NCBI GenBank assembly: GCA_964200075.2
Contig: CAXNAA020000007.1
Location: forward strand, 1-41,601
Length of the DNA: 41,601 bases
Direction: 5' to 3'
DNA from: Sphacelaria rigidula
Taxonomy: Eukaryota
Below the pieces are notes generated by a model. That model saw only the letters and a list, made by a program, of their open reading frames with translations. It searched no databases and was not told the DNA's origin. Shown here piece after piece: positions 1 to 9,800 of the stretch (position 1 is the first letter of the stretch; each line of letters opens with the position of its first letter). The position numbers and the translations under genes were made by a program.

Positions 1-47
1 CTCTTTTTTCGTGCAACCAAATACCCCCCCCCCTATCGTAGGATGAC

Positions 48-260
48 TCACCTGAACACCCACTTTGCTGTTATGTTGTTTACCCCTTCTGGGATATCAT
101 CACCCGAGAACGTACCGGCGGTTATATGCCCTTTCAGCTCTACACGCATAGCACCCAACCATATTTCCTTGCCTTCCGACTTTTCCATGTCTTCTACTGT
201 TACGGGGGGGCTCTTTATATATCTTACGTGAAGACCGATGGGGGAACGCGAACCAAAGTT
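48..260 (-). pseudogene. Copia reverse transcriptase N-terminal fragment
   Basis: PPVTVEDMEKSEGKEIWLGAMRVELKGHITAGTF...PEGVNNITAKWVFR* matches the start of the copia RT. The following KARLVA motif is absent. Confidence 0.8.
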
Positions 261-612
261 GGGTTCTCTCTTTATTTTGTTTTCTGCCGGACGACAAAAA
301 TACTCTTGCTCTGCAAAGATCTCCTCGGTCATCATGGCCGCGCTGCCTCCCACCTCTGGTACGGCTGCTGCACCTATCCTGCACCATTCCATACAGTACG
401 GTTTCCGCTTCAGCTCTCGCCTTCAAGCGGGAAAAGTATTCCTCTCTTTGCCACGCCGGGAATCCTCCAGCTCTCCTATCACCGATGCTAGCTCTTCCTG
501 ATCAGCTGCCGCTCTCGTCGCACTGAGCGTGCGGCCTGCCATTTGCGGATGCAGAGACAACTCATCGTTGAGTACAAAACGGCGTAGCTCCGTCCTCGGG
601 AGTTCGGGAGCT

Positions 613-1398
613 TCACCGCCCTCCTGGTCGTTGTGCTCGGGGGTGTCTACGGTTGCCGGCGTCAATACTGACGGGGTAGTTGATGGTGAGACTGCAGGTG
701 AGTGCGGTGCCGGCGATTCTGATGGCTGTTCTGGCGATGTTGGGCGTAGTCGGCCTCGCTGGCGGTGTTGCGGGTGCTGCTGCTGGCGGCGTTGTTGGCG
801 TTGGCGATGGTGTTGTCGGCGCCACCGACGGCGGCGGTGTAGGCGGCGACGAGCCCTGGTTATCGATGGAATCTTGAACGGGGTTCCGTAAAATCCCCCC
901 GCCTTCCCCGCCCCTGCGATGAGACGGCGAAGTCATTTCACCGCCCCCGCCATCAGCAGAGGTTCGCGGTGTGGTGTCGTCTGCTCTCCCTTCGCAGTTG
1001 GGTAGCAAGAACGACACGCGACGAGAACCGCGTGAGGAAGCGCCCACGACTGAGGTTTGCTCCACGGACTCTCTGCCGACCGGCACTCCTTCGATGTGGT
1101 TATCCCTCGCTCCGCCGGGCGTCGGGGTCGCGTGTGCTCGTGTGTGTGTTGATCTTGGGATGGCCCGTCGTAGTCCTTTCCCTTCCGAGCATCCTGGGCA
1201 GGGTCTCATCTTGCCGCGCAGCTCCACTCCGAGCTGCTTGGCGGTCTGACGGAGTAGGTCCTCATGGACGTGCGCATGAGAACAGTGGAAATCGTTGGTA
1301 TCAACAACTCGGGGGTTAGCTGATGCCCCCGGGACAATCACAGCGCATGCTGACACGTGTTTGCCATGGCTATCAGGATCTATACGATGGGCGTACAT
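613..1398 (-). pseudogene. Copia GAG-pre-integrase/HHCC fragment joined directly to a Pro/Thr-rich spacer
   Basis: FHCSHAHVHEDLLRQTAKQLG...CPGCSEGK is followed by low-complexity sequence, with no DDE core. Confidence 0.8.
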
Positions 1399-2045
1399 TC
1401 AAGGAGTCGATGCTGACCGGGGATATTCAGGGTGTTGCCTGAATTTAACTCAACCCAGAAGCCGTCACTTGACCCAATGTAGGTGTGACCCGCGTTGGAG
1501 ATCCTAGTCAGTGACAACAGATGGTGACGGATACCTGGTGTGTGGTATATATTTTTCATATGTAAAACGACATCGCATCCGTCAGATCGAAAGGTGAGAC
1601 TTAAATTTCCTCTGCCTACGATCGGGTACGTACCGCCGCCCGCACACCGCAGTACTCTATCCCTGCATTTTCGATGTTCCGTCATCTTACTAGAATCTGG
1701 CGAAAAATTCGAGGTCGCCCCAGTGTCAAACACCCACGGTTCGCCCCCATCTGGCTGCTTTACACCCCCCTCCTCGATCACAAACGCCCACTCGCCTGTG
1801 ATGTCTTGGGCCTTCGTTATGTCGATGCTGGTGAACGCCTCCGCATCAGCATCCGAACAGATGGAGGCGTCGTCAACGAAGTCGCTTTCTAAGCCCATCG
1901 CCATCACCACATCCTCTCCATCCCCAGTCTTCGGGCAGTTGAGAAGCTGATGCCCTCTCTTGCCGCACTTGCCGCAGTACCTGTCCGGACATTCCCTCGA
2001 CCGATGTGTTGTCATTTTCTGACAGATGTGGCATCGCCACGTCAT
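1380..2045 (-). pseudogene. Copia nucleocapsid Zn knuckles plus aspartic protease fragment
   Basis: CHICQKMTTHRSREC (CX2CX5HX4C), CGKCGKRGHQLLNC (CX2CX4HX4C), WVFDTGATSNF active site, and IYHTPGIRHHLLSL as in the copia protease C-terminal motif. Confidence 0.88.
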
Positions 2046-2158
2046 CGCAGCTCCCGATTGGTTCTTTGACGGTGAAGTCGGCCACTGGCTGTTTTGCCCT
2101 GGTCCCCGTCGCCACCGCGATCTGGATACTGATTTTCCCCCGGTTTTCCTTTATGGCG

Positions 2159-2749
2159 TTAATCGTTAGGTTTTCCGGACTGGCCCTTGGCAGCAAGGGC
2201 CTGGTCGCCTGAAAAAGTCTTCTTCCCCTTGGCGAGTTCCTGCTTAAAAAGTGCCGATTCGAAACGTTTTCGAATCGACTCCACCACTGTTTCCCTCGTG
2301 AGTGGGCCCTCCCGCTCCTCCAGCGCCTGCTTCTGAAAGTTATACTCCGTGGAGAAGGCATTGACCAATTTGAGGAGGGTTTGAGTCTCCGTCAGGTTGA
2401 TGCTGGTGTCATACGATTTCAACTGCCTTGCCAATTCTTCCATCTCGATCACTTTTTTAATCAGTTCATCACGAACGCCAACCTTCACATGATCATACTT
2501 GTCCAGCAGTGCTAATCTAGCTTCGTTGGTCTTGGGGCTGTAGAAGTCGTCCAATTCACGCATCATAGCTGCAGAAGAAGGAATTTGGAACAGAATATCT
2601 CGATCCTGCCTGTGGTCCAGACTCGCCACCAACATCTGTCTTGCTCTAATGTTTGCGGTTACAATGTATTGACCGTGCCTTGCCTCTAGGAAACGCACGG
2701 GCAATTCTGTGTTCCCAACCTCCACGTCGTCCGAACTATCGTCCGACAT
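2159..2749 (-). pseudogene. Copia gag (capsid-like) fragment
   Basis: Helical, charged ORF immediately upstream of the Zn knuckles. It stops before the nucleocapsid segment. Confidence 0.7.
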
Positions 2750-3721
2750 GGTGAATATCCAACCAACTCCCTCGCTCCTCGCGAAATTTATTTGCTCGTG
2801 TTTGTACTGAGCTATCGGCCAGGTGATCTTGTGTTGCTGAGCTGTATTGCACTAAATTGACTGCTGAACTGGCTCATCATGTTCTCAAGTTGAGCTGTCA
2901 GTCCACCTGTCCTGTCGACAGGAGAGGAAGCAGCATCATCGCTACCAGCCATACTTGCCCAATCGATTGATCACTAGTGTATTCCTTGGCTCAGGCACAG
3001 GGTGCATGGTTTATATCTTTTATTAGAGAGCACCCAAGTGATGCTATAACTCGGGAGAGTATGGAAGAGGGGGGAGAAGCCGACGAGTGGTCGGCTGGGG
3101 GCTGCGTGTACGGAGCGGCAGCTGTACTGTGCCCCATTTGCACACAATTGACTGCCAGAACTCGTACGTCACCCCGATCCCCTGTTCTACGTCGATCCAG
3201 TATGACAGGGTGTATCTGAGTCACTCGAACAATATGCTGCTGCTGTGGCTGTTGGGCCCACAACTCTTCTCTTGGCAGCGCTCAGCACAGCAACCTATAC
3301 GCGCACCCAAAGTTATCTCTCTGTAAGAACGACCAAGCTCTGTAGCAAAAGACGAGCGCCCAAGTGGTTTGGGCAGATTATGGGTCACAAGTGTTCGTAA
3401 CACGTACTCACCACGCGCCATTTGGCATCAGGGTTCCTAGATGTACCGCAAGATAGATGCTATGATTTTGTGTGATATAGTCCCAAAGCGCAAGGGTTTC
3501 GACAGTAAGGGTATCGTACCGTCATTGTGATTTCAAGCATCTCGAAGTGCTCCAGGTGTCTTGTGCATTCGAGCCCTACTGATGGTTCATTACACTGCGA
3601 GACACGAACTACAGAAACACAGACAAACACGGACCTCGCGCGTAAGTTTGACAGCAATAGAGTGCTACATCCATTCATCCTTAGGTATTTTATACATGAG
3701 CATCCGCTTTCAAATCACCAG

Positions 3722-3893
3722 GCACTCCGTAAGCCAACGTGATGGCTCCGAAAGAACGATAGGCGAGCTGCGGGGACAACTCGTTCTCAGCCTTGCGGCT
3801 GGTAGTCACACGGCAGCACTTCAGTGGAAAGCGGATGGCAAAAATGGCACGGTACCCTGGTACTCGCTTAGTGGCATCGGTGGTTTTTTTCAG
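3722..3893 (+). CDS. Exon 1 (first in window): beta-rich segment LSLAAGSHTAALQWK
   Basis: caccag| acceptor and CAG|gtagga donor. Joins FFQ|GGEELLVLV in phase 0. Confidence 0.65.
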
Positions 3894-6800
3894 GTAGGAG
3901 AGGGTGGAACGAGCCAGAACGTCTTGAAAAGCGCACGGGTTAATTGTATGAACGAGTTCGGTCGTCCTGAAATTGGTCGCGTTTCTCCTCTGCGTCACCC
4001 CGCAGTACTACATTAATTTCAGAGGTTATCGTATTTTGGAGCATACAGTTCGCCTTTTAGATCCAAGGTCATCATGTAGCCCCGCATCAGAATGTTTTTG
4101 GCTACCGTCAAGTATCCCGCCCTGGCCTCATGTTGCATCAGCGCAAAAGACTTGTATGAAAACATCGCAATTTGGTGTGTGAAGTGATTTTTATTTTGCT
4201 AGAAACTGTTGGCCCTCTGGGGTAGTCTGTATTGATGCATGTACTTATACGAAGATGAGACACGCGTCAACTGGCAGCAAGTGACAAAAGAGTTGTTACT
4301 TATGCTGTGTAGATCATCCTCCCGAGTATGAGCAGCGCGAGGTCCATCCCGGCTCAGCTGTCTCCGCAGTTTCCCCCAATCATGGGTGTCCCTGCGTGTT
4401 TGAAAGATAATATCTCCGTTGCATAACTTCTCAACCATTTCCAGGGAGGCGAAGAGCTCCTGGTTCTCGTAAATGCCGAGAACAATGAACCAGAAGTGGT
4501 GCTTCCGTCTGGTCCGATAGCCATCAATGAAGACGAAGAACTTCACATCACCGGCATACGAGTAGCAGACATCGATATAGAAGTATCTGCCAACTATCAG
4601 CTTGCCGTCAGACTGTCAGTCCAGCAAGGTGTCTTGACTCTCAACACCAGTGACGACCTGTCCTTCAGTGTCGGAGATGGCGTCGAGGACGAGTTGATGT
4701 ACTTCCATGGTCCTGCGGCAAGCGTTTTCGATGCCCTGGGCAAGATAACCTATCGTGGGCATCTGAATTGGTGAGCCAATGGTATGGACGGTTGATTGGT
4801 CCGGCGACTACCATGCCAACACACACGAGTGCGTCTCAAGACGGATCTCATAGCGTTTGCAATGCCTCAGGTCCGATCCGCGCACAGTAATGTATCATTG
4901 AGTAGACGCTCGTCCACGATGTCCTTCCAGGTATGGAAACGACACGCTGACTCTAACGGCTAACGATCAGATGTACCTCGGATCGGGGGAATCCAAGTCT
5001 GATACGAAGCAGGTAAGGGAATATCACAGAGACGAATTGGATCTACCCAATGCTGCGTGAAATGGAGTCGGCGGACAAACCGCGTAGGGCTGCCGTTCTT
5101 GGTGCTGCTTTGCTTGAAGGCATTGCTAAATGGCTCCGTCGTAGCATCGATATCACTGTAGAGACGGAATCCCACCCAACCTGCAAGTAATCTGTTTCCA
5201 CAGGTTGACATAATCGTGGTGTCAGTTCCAGACAGTCCGGAGATCACTCTTCCGGCAAATCCTACCGTGGTGGAAGATAATCACTTGCCTATAAGAGGGT
5301 TGGGGATGTACGATGCCGACGTGTCAAGACCTGGTGATGAGAGCCTTTCCTTCACCATATGGCTTGAAGCCGTAGTGGGACGAATTTCACTGAACAACTC
5401 GGCGGTGAGTTTGTTTTTCAGAATCTATTTTCAATACTACATTCGCTTAGCTTGGATCTTTTTGAGGTACTTTTCGTACATTGTTCGACAGTGCTTCCAA
5501 ACGGTTTGGCACTGCCCTCTTCTTAGTGTGCGTTCGTCTCCGCCCCCATCGTCGATCCGCACTAGGGGTTGATTTTCAGTCGCGGAAACGGATCAAATGA
5601 CCGCGCCATGGTCTTTACAGGAAACTTATCGAGTATCAACACAGCTGTCGGTCTTCTCACCTACACGCCACACCTGAACTTCAACAGCGTGCAACACGTG
5701 GAAGCGCTTACAGTTGCAATATGGCAAGTGGCATCCAGTGAAACCAAGGTGCGAACGTGGCCCAAATGAAGTATCTGTGCTTGTCCTCAGGCACCCTCAC
5801 TAACCGTCAAGTGGTAGATTGTCCCCGAATATTTTTCATAAGGGCGCCTTCGCGCTTGCCTGTCGTGGTATGTACTGAAGTATGGAGTGTTGGGTGGTAG
5901 ACCTCCCCTCTTTGTACATGAAATACTTACTCTTGATTCCAGACAGTATTACACAACGTACAGTACGGGATGGAGGCTATTTATGCAAGGGTGGCGGCTG
6001 GCTGATAAAAAAACAGAACCTATTTGATCGTCCACGAAATCAATACTTCATTCCGATGACTCAAGTAGGTGATGCAGTAGGTTGAATACAGTAGGTCAAA
6101 CCACGGATGTGCGGTTGACCAAATTAAACATGGATAATTTTACGTCTTGAGGTTCGTGTTTCCGTTCCGGTGTTGGCATCGTAGGTCCAGCAAGTGCTCC
6201 CTGTAACGGTGGATGCTGTCAATGATTCTCCGAGGATCGTTGTGCCACATCATCGCCTCTTGAAGTTTGGCGATTTCGAGGTTTTGAGCGGACTCTCAAC
6301 TACCCGACTTTTGCCAGCGACAACCGAGGGCAACCTCACGGTATTAATATCGACAGACACCGCCCCAGGGCGGGTGATACTACGTGGCACAGGCTCGAGC
6401 AACGACATCATCGAGGTAAAGGTGTTTCGAACCCGGGTCAAGCTATTTTGCCAATACAGCATAGTAGCTTTCTCACCCGTGAGGCCAGGCTTAACGTAGG
6501 TTAGAACGGGCGCTCACTGACCACGCCAAATTGCGGTAATGTTATGTGACTCACCAATGCTACACTCTGCGTGCATAAAACGCATGGATGCGCACACATA
6601 CAGGCGTACGTTTTGAGGACGGACAGAGACGAGCTACTACGCATCAAGTCGCCGATCTTCCAAGCAAGTAGAATCGCCTTATTGAATGGAAGCACAGAAA
6701 TGACACAGGAACTTTCCTAGCCGAGTTTAAGTGATCATCGCTGCAAAGTGCGCTACAGAATCTACTGGCAGCCCGACCCGCGAATCGTTTCCCTTGACTC

Positions 6801-9800
6801 TCACTAACGGGCGATGTTATCATTGTTATTGCATCCTTGCTGAAGGGGGTAACAGACGCAGTTTCCGGGATGGAGATAATACTCGAGGGTAGCGCCGAGG
6901 AAGTGACGACTCAGCTTGAGCGATCGGAGCTACTCTACATTCGCAGTCCAGGATACAGTGGTGCCGATACGATCCAGGTACCAGTAGTAACAGAGTCTGC
7001 TTTGCTACTACGCGACCTCAAGTCGGCGCTTAGCTCGGCATTTAATCCTACATACGCAATAGTGGGTCACTCTTGTTTTTTTGGATGACGTAGACGGCAG
7101 CGTATTCCCGCGATTGATTAGATTGTTTAGGGCTATATCGCCATCCTCTTGCTCTAGTTCAATCTCTTACGCACTCTTGGAAGCACATGTACATTCCAGA
7201 AACCATGCGTCGAAAACACCTGGGTTCGTGGCACGTTACTGTCTTCATCCGTCTTAGGGGCTTGTTATCGTAGTGAATACACGGAGTTACAGTACACCGT
7301 GTGGTACAGCTTGACATTCGTATTTTGTGGACAGCCCGGGTAAAGGAGATGATTGTCCTTTACATACCAATGCTGTTGCGACGATTCTCGAGGTGCAGGT
7401 CAGGGTTAAGGACGGAACAGCTGCCGGTTCGGAGCACTCTATTTTCGAGGTTTCCTTCCTTTACACGAGCGAAGGCCACAGCAAATTTCAGCCTCCGACG
7501 ATCGTATCGATCAAGCCCAATCAGATAAGCTCTAGCGGAGGAGATATGGTTAAAGTTGTTGGTACATCGTTGGATTCATTGTTCAATGCTTCAACAATTC
7601 ATGTACAGTTTGGATCCGGGGAGTCAGCGATCGGTGAGATCGTGAGCGACACAGAGATAATATTCAAAGCTCCGCCTTTCTTGCCGAGGAGCCCCTCGGC
7701 AGAGGGCACTCACGGGTATTTTGTATTGGTACGAGTTACCAACCTTGTGGACTTTTGGAGTAATGCAGTTCAGCTGTTTGTTGAACCTTCAGCCGCGGTG
7801 TTTTCTATATTCCCGGATGCCGGTCCCGCGTGTGGAGGAACAACTGTGTCAGTTGAAGGAAAAGGGTTTGCGCCTTCAGTCTCTCTGGCATGCATATTTG
7901 GCAAAGGGGAAGACGCCGTTACAGTCCATGCTGACTGGCGTAGTCCTCAAGTGGTGCAATGCGTTGCACCGCCTTGGCCACTCTCACGTGAGGAAGAAGA
8001 GGTGGTCGTTCCACTCGCTGTGGCCAACAGTGAGGCAACATCGCCGTTTTTCTTCCGATTCACGGCGCCAGTTGTCGTTACGACGATCTCACCAGCAACT
8101 GGTCCTGCGGAGAGTGGAGCCAATGTAAGCGTTAATGGCGTCAACTTCAACCGATACGACCTCGCGTGTGTCGTAGGGAGCAACGAGGTACCAGCTATAG
8201 TTGAAAGTGACAACCTTCTGCGGTGTATCCTTCCACCGGGTGGTGTACCACCCCAGCGTTACTTCAAGATTGAGGTGGTGGCGAACAGGAAGTATGCAAT
8301 TGCCGGAGTCGATGCGACTAACACATCAAATCAAAGCTTGGATGCTGTGGGCGAAACCCACGAAAAATCTGGCTCAACGTCGGTGGTACTTCCGCTAGTG
8401 CGTGGCCACCAATATTGGCTGGATCAAACGGATGAGTCGAACCTCGATCATCCTATTGCCCTCTCCCCCAGCCCTGAGGGAACAAGTGCAGCTGGCGCAG
8501 AAATGTGGACCAAGGGGGTCCAACACCTTTCGTCGCTAACTCCCTCGGCGCCCTACAAAAAATCCAAGGGCTCGACAGGGGCCGGTGTGCTTAGCTTCAC
8601 CGTTCCGTTGGATGCTCCAGATGTATTATACTTGGTTTCTGATAAACATGCGGTTATCCACAGTGACGTTCAGGCGGTCATCACGGATGGAGTCGTCAAC
8701 ACCTCAATTACGGTTGTGGCGGCTTTTGGCTCGTTTTGCGACCCTCAACCAAGTCCGTTCAGGTGTGTAAGGTCGGTGCCTAAACGTAATAGGGGGTCGC
8801 GCTATCTGTAGGATGAAGTAGAGGTTTAAAGCCCTACTTTCTTTATCCAGTGGAACCTTGTTTTAATGGGATGCTTTTGGACGCTCTAAATTCACGCCAT
8901 CGCCTATGCAAGTTACCAGGGGATACAGGTACACGATGGATGGAGCTACCAATATCCGCTTTTTAAACCTTTCTATCTCTTTTGAGATGTGTTTTGCACG
9001 TAGTCTGCTATGAAGCCTCACAGTATGTAGCCGCACGCTCCGTCCTCCTTCCTATGTTTGTAACGTGCAGATACAGTTTTTTCGCAGTTCGCTCTGCAAT
9101 TTCGACAGCTGGAGGACTACGAGCGACTTTGATAGGCGAAGGATTTCAAAACACGACGCAGTTGGGGTGCAGGTTCGATACCAACGACCCGGTTCCGGCG
9201 GTGTTCTTGTCGTCTACGGAGATCAGCTGTCCTACACCAGACTTCTCCGTGGACGTGACAGCCGTCGTGGTGGAGGCTACTGTCAACGGGATAGATTTTT
9301 CAGCCGACGGTACGTTGTTCACATTTGCTAATCAACCGTTTGTCATATCTCTTCAACCCACAGCTGGACCCATGAGTGGTGGCACATCGGTGCTGTTGTC
9401 TGGGGCACATTTCTTGGATTCCCAGGAGCTTGGTTGCAACTTCGGAGCATCGTTAGTGCCTGCGCGGTGGTTGTCTGAGACCCTCGTACAATGCGAGTCT
9501 CCTTCATGGCCCACACATGGCACCACACTTGTGGAAATTACTATAAATGGACGCGACTTCACGTCTGACCGCCAGACATTCTCCTTCCATCGCAACAGCG
9601 TTCTTGAAGTCGTCCCTTCAACCATTCCCACGAACGGTAATTATCTGCTCTCAATTATTGGGGAAGGGTTCGTTTTCTCTAGCGACTACTTCGTTCGCAT
9701 GGGAGATGCGGAAATCGAGGCGACATTCGTCAGCTCGTCTCAGCTAGAGTGCGTCGCACCGCAAGTCGCTGAGGCCGGCGAGGTGGATGTCTCTGTGATC

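Larger units (their letters stand above)
48..2760 (-). mobile_element. Degenerate Ty1/copia LTR retrotransposon (gag, Zn knuckles, protease, integrase HHCC, start of RT), frameshifted and internally deleted
   Basis: Minus-strand ORF fragments occur in copia order: gag-like 2159..2749; CCHC knuckles plus WVFDTGAT protease 1380..2045; HCSHAH...CPGCSEGK 613..1398; RT N-terminus W..AM..E..G...GTF...AKWVF 48..260. LTRs were not established. Confidence 0.9.

Noticed and set aside
2978-3402. Candidate 5' LTR of the copia element (TGTATT...GTAACA) and PBS-like strings near 3252-3265 and 3423-3433
   Set aside because: There is no second LTR copy in the window, the flanks do not form a target-site duplication, and the PBS matches are imperfect.
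8982-9070. Start of the 5,272-aa ORF as the true N-terminus of a standalone gene
   Set aside because: The start is TTG in pyrimidine-rich intron sequence. A cag acceptor at 9070 joins exon 8 in phase (PFR|YSF), and the ORF's 3' end splices at 24761 in mid-domain.
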